A DNA stretch of 64,000 nucleotides, from assembly GCA_963745025.1 (NCBI GenBank), contig CAVUWD010000006.1, positions 160,001 through 224,000 on the forward strand, in the 5' to 3' direction. The stretch comes from an uncultured delta proteobacterium. Its GTDB lineage: Bacteria; Desulfobacterota; Binatia; JACPRU01. This document shows, piece after piece, positions 54,910 through 63,433 of this stretch. The translations under genes and the position numbers were made by a program. The notes under the pieces are model-generated. The model saw nothing but the letters and a program-made list of their open reading frames with translations. It made no database searches and was not told the origin of the DNA. Numbering within the stretch: position 1 is the first letter of the stretch; each line of letters opens with the position of its first letter.

Positions 54910-56619
54910 ATGGCGAAGATCGCGATCGATCCGATCACCCGCATCGAGGGACATCTGCGCATCGAAGCCCAGGTCGAAGGCGGAAAGGTCGCCGACGCCT
55001 GGAGCTCGAGCACGATGTTCCGCGGCATGGAGCTCGTGCTGAAGGGGCGCGATCCGCGCGACGCTTGGCTCTTCGCGCAGCGCATTTGAGGCGTTTGAAC
55101 GACGGTTCACGCCAACTGCTCCGTGCGAGCAGTAGAAAACGCCCTCGGTATCGAGATTCCGGACAACGCCCGGATCATCCGCAATCTGATTGCGGGCATC
55201 CAGTACGTCCAGGACCATGTGGTCCACTTCTATCATCTGCACGCGCTCGACTGGGTCGATATCACGAGCGCGCTCCAGGCCGATCCTGCCGAGACCTCGA
55301 AGCTCGCGCAGTCGCTTTCGCCTTGGGCGAAATCGAGCGCGGTCTACTTCAAGAGCGTGAAGGACCGTCTCAAGAAGTTCGTCGATTCCGGCCAGCTCGG
55401 GCTCTTCGCCAACGGTTATTGGGGGCACCCGGCGTACAAACTGCCTCCCGCCGCGAATCTCATGGCGGTCGCTCATTACCTCGAAGCGCTGGACTGGCAG
55501 CGCGAGGTCATTCGCATTCACGCGATCCTCGGCTCGAAGAATCCCCACCCGCAGACCTATCTGGTGGGAGGCATGGCGATCCCACTCGACCCGAACAGCT
55601 CGGCGGCGCTGAACGCCGACAAGCTCGCCCTTCAACGCCAGCTCCTGGTGCAGGCGAAGCAGTTCGTCGATGAGGTCTACGTGCCCGACCTCCTCGCCGT
55701 CGCCTCGTTCTACAAGGAATGGGCGGGGATCGGTGCGGGGATCGGCAACTACCTCGCCTGCGGCGACTTTCCCCTTGATTCGAGCGGCGATCCGTCGCGG
55801 CTGTGGCAGCCCGCGGGAGTGATCCGGAACCGCGACCTCGCCAAGATCCATCCCTTCGAGCACCAGAAGGTGACGGAGTACGTGACACACTCCTGGTACG
55901 AATACTCAGGCAGCGACGGCGCTTCGAAGCACCCGTGGGACGGCGAGACGAATCCTCGCTACAGCGGCCCCAAGCCGCCCTACGAGTTCCTCGACACCGA
56001 CGGCAAGTACTCTTGGCTCAAGGCGCCGCGCTACGAGGACGAGCCCATGGAGGTGGGGCCTCTCGCGCGCATGCTCGTCGCTTACGCTTCGGGGCACGGA
56101 GCGGTCAAGACGGCGGTAACCGGCGTCCTCGCTCATCTCGGCGTGGGCCCCGAGGCGCTTTTCTCCACCCTCGGACGAATCGCGGCTCGCGGCATCGAGA
56201 CCCAGGTGACCGCGGCCGCGCTTCTCGACTGGCACGATCAGCTCGTCGCCAACATCCGGCGAGGCGATCTGCGCATCCACAACGGTGCGAAGTGGGATCC
56301 ATCTCGCTGGCCTCCCGAAGCGCGCGGCTTCGGCTTCCACGAGGCGCCGCGCGGTGCGCTCGGTCACTGGGTGCGGATCGAAAAGGGTGCGGTGTCGAAC
56401 TACCAGTGCGTGGTGCCGAGCACCTGGAACGCCTCGCCGCGCGATGCCAAGGGAAAGCGCGGTCCCTACGAGGCGGCGCTGCTCGAGACGCCGGTCGCGG
56501 ACCCGGAGAAGCCTGTCGAGATCCTACGCACCGTCCACTCCTTCGATCCCTGCATGGCGTGCGCCGTTCACGTGAGCGGAGTCGGGCGCCGGCCAATCAC
56601 GCGGATCCAGGTGGCGTAG
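54910..56619 (+). CDS. [NiFe]-hydrogenase large subunit, 569 aa, with two in-frame TGA (predicted Sec60 and Sec63) in the L1 motif
   Basis: IDPITRIEGHL...RGME...DPRDAWLFAQRI*GV*TTVHANCSVRAVENAL in one continuous frame; EAPRGALGHW; VVPSTWN; L2 motif SFDPCMACAVH plus a 15-aa cleavable tail. Confidence 0.92.
55115..55133 (+). promoter_or_regulatory. Putative bacterial SECIS hairpin for the hydrogenase UGA codons
   Basis: ACTGCTC [CGTGC] GAGCAGT, perfect 7-bp stem; the loop starts 23 nt after the second TGA and 32 nt after the first. Confidence 0.72.
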
Positions 56620-56621
56620 TC

Positions 56622-57308
56622 ATGACGGACACGACACAAACGACGGCCCCGACAGTCCCGGTGGCTCCCTACCGGCAAGTCTACGTATGGGAGTTCCCGG
56701 TGCGTCTCACGCACTGGGTGAATTTCGCGGCGATCGGCGTACTCTCGGTGACCGGCTTCTACATCGGCCACCCATTTCTAGCCGGCGGCGGCTCGCTCAT
56801 GAGCTGGATGAGCGCCGTTCACCGCCTGGCCGGGTACGCGCTCGTCGCGAGCCTCCTCCTCCGCGTTTATTGGGCCTTCGCCGGGAACCAGTGGGCGTCC
56901 TGGCGGGCGCTATTCCCATGGCTCACGCCCGATGGGCGAGCAGCGATGCGGCAGACCTTCCTCTATTACACCTTCGTGCGGCGCGAGCCGCCGCGCGAGG
57001 TCGGTCACAACCCTCTCGCCGGCATGGCGTACTCGGCGGTCGTGGCGCTCCTCGCGGCGGAGGTGGCGAGCGGGTTTGCCCTCTATTCGATGGGGCGGGG
57101 CGGGGGCTGGACGATCGCCTTCGGCTGGGTCTTCTGGATCGCCAGTCCGCAGATCGTGCGCCTCGCGCATCATCTCATCATGTGGCTGCTCCTGGGCTTC
57201 GCGGTCCACCACGTCTACAGCTGTGTGCTGTTGGAGGTGGAAGAGCGAAACGGCCTCGTCACCAGTATCTTCTCGGGTTACAAGCTCGTCCGCAGGAGCG
57301 TGCACTGA
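56622..57308 (+). CDS. Ni/Fe-hydrogenase b-type cytochrome subunit
   Basis: YVWEFPVRLTHW; TGFYIGHP; GHNPLAG; HHLIMW; HHVY; SIFSGYK. Confidence 0.93.
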   Translation: MTDTTQTTAPTVPVAPYRQVYVWEFPVRLTHWVNFAAIGVLSVTGFYIGHPFLAGGGSLMSWMSAVHRLAGYALVASLLLRVYWAFAGNQWASWRALFPWLTPDGRAAMRQTFLYYTFVRREPPREVGHNPLAGMAYSAVVALLAAEVASGFALYSMGRGGGWTIAFGWVFWIASPQIVRLAHHLIMWLLLGFAVHHVYSCVLLEVEERNGLVTSIFSGYKLVRRSVH

Positions 57309-57838
57309 AGACGTTGGTGCTCGGGTGCGGCAACGTTTTGCTCGGCGACGACGGGGCCGGCGTGTGGGTGATCGAGCAACTGCGGTGCGCCTACGTGTTT
57401 CCGGCGAACGTGTCGCTCGTCGAAGCGGGAACGCTCGGCCTCGATCTCCTCGCGGAGTTCGATGGCGTAGAGCGTCTGTTGGTCGTGGACGCGGTCGCCG
57501 CCGGCCGCGCGCCCGGAGACCTCGTCCGCCTGGAGGGAGACCAGGTGCCCTCGGTGCTCGAGCTCAAGACATCGCCTCACCAGGTGGGGCTCGCGGATCT
57601 CTTGGCCGGGGCCAAGCTCCTCGCCCGCTGGCCGCGCCAAGTCGTGCTCTGGGGCGTCGAGCCGGCGCTTCTCGATCCGGGAACGAGGTTCTCGCCCGAG
57701 GTCCAGCGCATGCTGCCGTCCCTGGAGGCGGCGGTACTCGACGAGCTCGCCCGCTGGGGGATCGAGGTCATGCCTCTCGAGGATGCACCGCCGCCGGCTC
57801 TGTGGTGGCTTCCGCCGACGACGGAGGGGGCGCGGTGA
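57305..57838 (+). CDS. Hydrogenase maturation protease (HyaD/HybD family); probable CTG start
   Basis: KTLVLGCGNVLLGDDGAGV; GTLG; VVDAV; SPHQVGL; AGGAG RBS 6 nt before the CTG. Confidence 0.9.
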   Translation: MKTLVLGCGNVLLGDDGAGVWVIEQLRCAYVFPANVSLVEAGTLGLDLLAEFDGVERLLVVDAVAAGRAPGDLVRLEGDQVPSVLELKTSPHQVGLADLLAGAKLLARWPRQVVLWGVEPALLDPGTRFSPEVQRMLPSLEAAVLDELARWGIEVMPLEDAPPPALWWLPPTTEGAR

Positions 57839-60114
57839 GCCAGCCGACCGCATGCCGCGTCTTGGTCGAGGGCATCGTCCAGGGAGTCGGATTCCGCCCC
57901 TTCGTGCATGCGATCGCGCGCCAGTACCAGCTGGCCGGCCGCGTGCGCAACACGAGCCACGGAGTGGAGATCGAGGTCGAGGGAGAGCGCGAGGAGATCG
58001 GTGAGTTCGTCGCAGCGCTGCGCGATCGCCCGCCGCCGCTCGCGCGCATCGAGCGGATCGAAGCGCAGGAGATCGTGCCCTCCGGGGTCGAGGGCTTTCG
58101 CATCGATCCCTCGGCCGACGGCGATGGCTTCCTTCCGATCTCGGCTGACATCGCGACTTGCGAGGAGTGCCTGCGGGAGGTCGAGGACGTCTCCGATCGC
58201 CGCTTCGGCTACGCCTTCACGAACTGCACGAGCTGCGGGCCGCGCTTCACGATCCTCCGCTCGGTTCCCTACGACCGGCCGAACACGACGATGGCCGAGT
58301 TCGCGATGTGCTCCGCGTGCCGCGCGGAGTACGAGGATCCAACCGACCGCCGTTTCCACGCGGAGCCCATCGCCTGCCCGCAGTGCGGGCCTTCGCTGGC
58401 CCTGCTCGACGCCACCGGACGCACACTGCCGGGTGACCCGCTGACCGGGATCCGCCGCGCGCTCGCGGACGGGCGTATCGTCGCGATCAAGGGAATCGGC
58501 GGTTTCCATCTCGCTTGCGACGCGCGGCAGGAGATGGCGGTGCGGCGACTGCGCCGCCGCAAGGTGCGCGAGGGCAAGCCGTTCGCCCTGATGGCGGCGG
58601 ACCTCGCCGAGGCCGAGCGACTCTGCTTCACCTCTGCGCGGGAGCGGCGCCTCCTCGAGTCGCGTGCGCGGCCGATCGTGGTTCTACGCGAGCGACCCGA
58701 TTCGGGGATCGCCGCCTCGGTCGCCCGGCCGCTTTGCCATCTCGGCGTCATGCTGCCCTACTCGCCGCTCCATCCTCTGCTCTTCTCCGACGCCGCCTGT
58801 CCGCGCGCGCTCGTGCTCACCAGCGGGAACCGCTGCGGCGAGCCGCTCGCTCGCGACAACGGCGAAGCGCTCGGGCGGCTCGGCGGAATTGCCGACCTCT
58901 TTCTCGTCCACGACCGCTCGATCGAGGTGCGCTGCGACGATTCGGTCGTCCGCGTGGTGGGCGGAGAGGAGCTGCCGATCCGACGCTCGCGCGGCTACGC
59001 CCCGTATCCAGTCCGTCTACCCCTCGAATCGCCGCCGCTGCTCGCGTGCGGGGCCGACCTGAAGAGCACGGTGTGCGTCGCGCGCGGCCGCCACGCGTTC
59101 CTCTCACCACATGTCGGTGACCTCGAGGACGCGGAGACCTGGCGGTCGTACGCGCGGATGGCAGCGCACATGGAATCCATCTTCCGCGTGCGGCCCGAGG
59201 CAATCGTCCACGACGCTCACCCGGACTACTTCTCGACCCGCTACGCCCTCGGGCGCGATCGGTCGCTGCCGCATCTCGCCGTGCAGCACCACCACGCCCA
59301 CGTGGTCTCCTGCATGATCGAGAGCGAGCTGGCGGGAAGCGTGATCGGCGTCGCTTTCGACGGCACGGGTTACGGCGCCGACGGGGCGATCTGGGGCGGC
59401 GAGTTCCTGGTGGCGGACTACGCGTCTTTCGAACGTGGCGGCCACCTCGCTTACGTGCCGATGCCGGGAGCTGCCCGGGCCGTCCATGAGCCCTTCCGCA
59501 TGGCACTGGCGCACCTGATCGCGGGATGCGGTTCCACGCGGGGCATCGCCGCGGCTGCGGTCGGGGCGACGGAGGCGGAGATCGCCGCCGTCCAGTGGCA
59601 GATCGCTCACGCCGTGAATGCGCCGCTCACCTCGAGCATCGGGCGGCTCTTCGACGCGGTCGCCTCGCTCGCCGGCATCCGTCACCGTGCGCTGTACGAG
59701 GGTCAGGCGGCGATGGAGCTCGAGGCTTGCGCCGCCCGCGGAGAGACGGGGTCGTATCCGTTCCCGATCACCGGCGAGCGGCCGACGGTCGCCGATCCCG
59801 GCCCGCTCGTCGCCGCGGTCGTGGAGGAGATCGCACGGGGGATCGCGCCGTCGATCGTGAGCGCCCGCTTCCACAACTCGGTGGCGCGGATGGTCGTCGA
59901 GATGTGCGAGCGGATCCGCGCCGCGACCGGTCTCTCCCGCGTGGTCTTGACCGGAGGAGTATTCCAGAACGCGACGCTGCTCGAGCAAGCCGTCGAGCGG
60001 CTCGCGGCGCGCGGCTTCGCGGCGCACCGCCACCGCAAGGTGCCCCCGAACGACGGCGGCATCGCGCTCGGTCAAGCGGCGATCGCCGCCGCGCGCCTGA
60101 CGGAGGACCGCTGA
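57835..60114 (+). CDS. hypF: Carbamoyltransferase HypF
   Basis: GIVQGVGFRPFV; CEEC/CTSC/CSAC/CPQC zinc fingers; QHHHAH; DGTGYG; PPNDGGIALGQ. Confidence 0.96.
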   Translation: MSQPTACRVLVEGIVQGVGFRPFVHAIARQYQLAGRVRNTSHGVEIEVEGEREEIGEFVAALRDRPPPLARIERIEAQEIVPSGVEGFRIDPSADGDGFLPISADIATCEECLREVEDVSDRRFGYAFTNCTSCGPRFTILRSVPYDRPNTTMAEFAMCSACRAEYEDPTDRRFHAEPIACPQCGPSLALLDATGRTLPGDPLTGIRRALADGRIVAIKGIGGFHLACDARQEMAVRRLRRRKVREGKPFALMAADLAEAERLCFTSARERRLLESRARPIVVLRERPDSGIAASVARPLCHLGVMLPYSPLHPLLFSDAACPRALVLTSGNRCGEPLARDNGEALGRLGGIADLFLVHDRSIEVRCDDSVVRVVGGEELPIRRSRGYAPYPVRLPLESPPLLACGADLKSTVCVARGRHAFLSPHVGDLEDAETWRSYARMAAHMESIFRVRPEAIVHDAHPDYFSTRYALGRDRSLPHLAVQHHHAHVVSCMIESELAGSVIGVAFDGTGYGADGAIWGGEFLVADYASFERGGHLAYVPMPGAARAVHEPFRMALAHLIAGCGSTRGIAAAAVGATEAEIAAVQWQIAHAVNAPLTSSIGRLFDAVASLAGIRHRALYEGQAAMELEACAARGETGSYPFPITGERPTVADPGPLVAAVVEEIARGIAPSIVSARFHNSVARMVVEMCERIRAATGLSRVVLTGGVFQNATLLEQAVERLAARGFAAHRHRKVPPNDGGIALGQAAIAAARLTEDR

Positions 60115-60116
60115 CC

Positions 60117-60419
60117 GTGTGCCTCGGTGTTCCCGGCAAGGTGCTCGAGGTCCAGGGAAACGTTGCCGTCGTGGATTTCTTCGGCCTGCGTCGGCCGGTA
60201 CTGCTCGACGTCGTCGACGAGCCGGTGGCTCCGGGCGACTTCGTGCTCAATCACGTGGGCTACGCCATCCGCCGGATCCCGCCCGACCAGGCGCAGGCGA
60301 CGCTCGCGTTCTACCAGCAGTTGCTCGGCGAGGCGGCCGAGGACGCGATGGCCGCCGACGTTCGTGGAGAGATCACAGGCACCGGCGAGCCAAAGGGACC
60401 CGACGATGGATCCGACTGA
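60117..60419 (+). CDS. hypC: Hydrogenase assembly chaperone HypC
   Basis: MCLGVPGKV; GDFVLNHVGYAI. Confidence 0.95.
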   Translation: MCLGVPGKVLEVQGNVAVVDFFGLRRPVLLDVVDEPVAPGDFVLNHVGYAIRRIPPDQAQATLAFYQQLLGEAAEDAMAADVRGEITGTGEPKGPDDGSD

Positions 60420-61545
60420 GCAGGCGCGTCGCGAACTGAAGTTCCGCGATCCCGGGAAAGGTCGCGCGCTCGCCGCAACGCTCGCCCGCGTGGTCGCCGA
60501 CCTCGGGCGGGCTCCGGTTTCGGTCATGCACGTCTGCGGTAGCCACGAGCAGGCAATTGCGAAGTTCGGATTGCGCGCCACCTTTCCGAAGGGGCTCGAC
60601 GTGATCATGGGGCCGGGCTGCCCGGTGTGCGTGACCGACGTTCCGGAGGTGGACGAGGCGGTGGCGCTGGCGGAGCAGGGAGTGCGCGTCGCCACCTACG
60701 GCGACATGCTGCGGGTACCCGGGAGCGCCGCCTCGCTCGCCGACGCCCAGGCGGAAGGCGCGAGCATCGACGTCGTCTATGGCGCGGCGCAGGCGGTCGA
60801 GGTCGCGCGTCGCACCGAGGACGAGGTGGTATTCTTCGCCTCCGGCTTCGAGACGACGGCGGTGGCGACCGCGGCCGTGCTGCTCGGCCATCCGCCCACG
60901 AACTTCTCGGTGCTGTCGGCGCACAAGTACATTCCCCCGGTCATGGAGATCGTTGCCGAGATGCCCGGGACGCGCATCGAGGGGTTCCTCGCCGCCGGCC
61001 ATGCCGCAACCATCACCGGCTGGGGGGTCTTCGAGCCCTTCGTCGAGCGCCACGGGATCCCGGTGGTCGTGGCCGGGTTCGAGCCGCTCGACATCCTGGC
61101 GGGGCTCGTGAAGCTGGTCGATCTCATCGCCGAAGGTCGGCCGCGCGTCGAGAACATGTATCCGCGCTGCGTGACGCGAGAGGGGAATCGGAACGCCCAG
61201 GAGCGACTCTGGCGGGTCTTTCGGCCGACCGGGGGATGCTGGCGGGGGATCGCCCACGTCCCCAACGGGAACCTGAGACTCCGCGACGAGTTCGCCGAGT
61301 TCGATGCGCGCCGCCGCTTCATGATCGACCTCCGCGGCGTCCGGATGCGCGCTCCGCGAGCGCTCGTCGACCAGTGCCGCTGCGGCGAGATCATGTCCGG
61401 CACCGCCTCGCCACGCGATTGCCGACTCTTCGGGAGAGAATGCGTGCCTGAGACGCCCGTCGGCGCGTGCATGGTGAGCAGCGAAGGCACGTGCAAGATC
61501 TGGCACCTGTACGGCGGCCACCCGGATCTCGGGAGCCGGGCATGA
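60406..61545 (+). CDS. hypD: Hydrogenase formation protein HypD
   Basis: HVCGSHE; GPGCPVCV; GFETT; CRCGEI..C..FGREC.P..PVGACMVSSEGTC. Confidence 0.96.
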   Translation: MDPTEQARRELKFRDPGKGRALAATLARVVADLGRAPVSVMHVCGSHEQAIAKFGLRATFPKGLDVIMGPGCPVCVTDVPEVDEAVALAEQGVRVATYGDMLRVPGSAASLADAQAEGASIDVVYGAAQAVEVARRTEDEVVFFASGFETTAVATAAVLLGHPPTNFSVLSAHKYIPPVMEIVAEMPGTRIEGFLAAGHAATITGWGVFEPFVERHGIPVVVAGFEPLDILAGLVKLVDLIAEGRPRVENMYPRCVTREGNRNAQERLWRVFRPTGGCWRGIAHVPNGNLRLRDEFAEFDARRRFMIDLRGVRMRAPRALVDQCRCGEIMSGTASPRDCRLFGRECVPETPVGACMVSSEGTCKIWHLYGGHPDLGSRA

Positions 61546-62585
61546 CGCTTCGGTCGGCGGCGCGCGACGAGCGCATCGGGCTCAAACACGGTGCAGGTGG
61601 CCGAGCCATGCGCGCGCTCATCGAGCAGGTTCTCGCCCGCGGCTTCATCGACCCCGCGGGCGCGAACGGCTTCGGTCTAGCGGCGATGGACGACGGTGCC
61701 GCCTTGCGCATTGGGGATCGCTGGCTCGTGATCACCACCGACTCGCACGTCATCCACCCGATCTTCTTCCCCGGGGGTGACATCGGGCGACTCGCCGTCG
61801 CGGGTACGGTCAACGACCTCGCGGTGATGGGGGTGACCGATATCCTCGGCCTGACCTGTGCGGTGATCGTCGAAGTCGGCTTCCCGCGTGCGGATCTCGA
61901 GCGCATTCAGCAATCCATGCAGGCGACTTGCCTGGAGGCCGGCACGACCGTGCTGACCGGCGACACCAAGGTGATGGGGAAAGGGGAGATCGACGGTATC
62001 GTCATCAACACCACTGGAATCGGTCTCACCAGCCGAGTGGTCCCCGACCGCGGACTCGGCCCCGGAGATCGCATCCTCGTCAGCGGAACGATCGGCGATC
62101 ATGGGCTCGCCATTCTCGCCACTCGCCACGGCTTGGAGCTGGAAGGCGAGATCCGTTCCGACGTTACTCCGCTCGGAGGTCTGGTGCAGACGGTGCTCGC
62201 CGCCGCCGGCGATGGGGTCGTGGCGATGAAGGATCCGACGCGCGGGGGCCTCGCGAGCGCCCTCCACGAGATGGCGGAGAAGAGCGAGGTCGGCGTCCTC
62301 CTCGACGAGGCGGCGATCCCGGTTTCGCCGGCGGTTCGTTCGGCCGCCGAACTCCTCGGCATCGATCCGCTGCACGTGGCGAACGAAGGCAAGGCGGTGA
62401 TCGGGGTGCACCCCGAGGCGGCGGAGAAGGTTCTCGCGGCGCTACGCGCCCACCCCGCGGGCCTCGACGCCGCGATCGTCGGCACCTGTGTCGCGGAGCC
62501 GATCGGGCGGATCATCGTCGACACAGGCTTTGGGCGACGCCTGCTGGTCGAGCCGGAGGGCGAGCCTCTGCCTCGCATCTGCTGA
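61542..62585 (+). CDS. hypE: Carbamoyl dehydratase HypE
   Basis: HGAGG; FFPGGDIGRLAVAGTVNDL; GDTKV; DPTRGG; ANEGK; C-terminal PRIC. Confidence 0.97.
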   Translation: MTLRSAARDERIGLKHGAGGRAMRALIEQVLARGFIDPAGANGFGLAAMDDGAALRIGDRWLVITTDSHVIHPIFFPGGDIGRLAVAGTVNDLAVMGVTDILGLTCAVIVEVGFPRADLERIQQSMQATCLEAGTTVLTGDTKVMGKGEIDGIVINTTGIGLTSRVVPDRGLGPGDRILVSGTIGDHGLAILATRHGLELEGEIRSDVTPLGGLVQTVLAAAGDGVVAMKDPTRGGLASALHEMAEKSEVGVLLDEAAIPVSPAVRSAAELLGIDPLHVANEGKAVIGVHPEAAEKVLAALRAHPAGLDAAIVGTCVAEPIGRIIVDTGFGRRLLVEPEGEPLPRIC

Positions 62586-62599
62586 GAGGACGGGGCGGC

Positions 62600-63433
62600 A
62601 TGGAGCACATCCGCACGGAGCGTGACGGCGCCGTCGGCGTGATTACGATCTCGCGGCGCGAGCGGTTCAACTCACTCGACGTGAAGACGGCGCAGGATCT
62701 CCGCAAGGCGGGGCTCGGCTTCGCGCGCGACGAGTCGGTGCGCGCCGTGATCTTGCGCGGAGAAGACGGAGTGTTCTGCAGCGGTGCCGACCTCAAGTAC
62801 ATCGGCGAGCGAGGCGACGAGACTGATCTCGGTTACCTGCAGCCCTCGTCGCCGCCCGCCGGACGCGGGTACGGGGAAGTCTTCAAACAGATCCTCGAGT
62901 ACATCCACAGCACGATCTCCGAGATCCGGCGTGCTCCGAAGCCCTTCATCGCCGCGGTCGACGGCGTGGCCGCGGCAGGAGGCTTCGGGCTCGCCATGGC
63001 GTGTGATCTCGTCCTCGCCTCGGAGCGTGCGAGCTTCGAGTGGGCGTACGGAAAGACGGGCCTCACTGGTGCCGAGAGCTCGACGTTCTTCTTGCCGCGG
63101 CTGATCGGCCTGCGGCGGGCCCTGGAACTCGTCTTCCTGAACCCCCGAGTCGATGCCCGCAGAGCGCTCGAGATCGGCCTCGTGACCGCAGTCCATCCGG
63201 TCGAACGGCTCGAGGCGCAAGCCCGGACGCTGGCGAGCCGGCTCGCCGCGGGCCCGACCGGCGCCTACGGCGTGGCCAAGCGGCTGCTCAACCTGGCGGC
63301 GGGAGGCGATCAGCTCGACGCCCACCTCGATCAGGAGCTCGAGAGCTTGGCTCGCATCGCCGATGGAGCGGACTTCGGCGAAGGGCTGGAGAGCTTTCTC
63401 CTGAAGCGTGAGCCGCGATTCGGCGGGCGCTGA
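62600..63433 (+). CDS. Enoyl-CoA hydratase/isomerase (crotonase) family protein, probably co-transcribed with the hyp genes
   Basis: FCSGADL; PKPFIAAVDGVAAAGGFGLAMACD; 14 nt after the hypE stop. Confidence 0.88.
   Translation: MEHIRTERDGAVGVITISRRERFNSLDVKTAQDLRKAGLGFARDESVRAVILRGEDGVFCSGADLKYIGERGDETDLGYLQPSSPPAGRGYGEVFKQILEYIHSTISEIRRAPKPFIAAVDGVAAAGGFGLAMACDLVLASERASFEWAYGKTGLTGAESSTFFLPRLIGLRRALELVFLNPRVDARRALEIGLVTAVHPVERLEAQARTLASRLAAGPTGAYGVAKRLLNLAAGGDQLDAHLDQELESLARIADGADFGEGLESFLLKREPRFGGR

Noticed and set aside
55087-55098. Hydrogenase large subunit as a pseudogene or as two genes (54910-55089 and 55123-56619)
   Set aside because: Both stops are TGA exactly at ligand Cys positions, the frame is continuous, a SECIS-like hairpin follows and the operon is intact. 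A product starting at 55123 would lack the Ni ligands. Not formally excluded without reads and sel genes.
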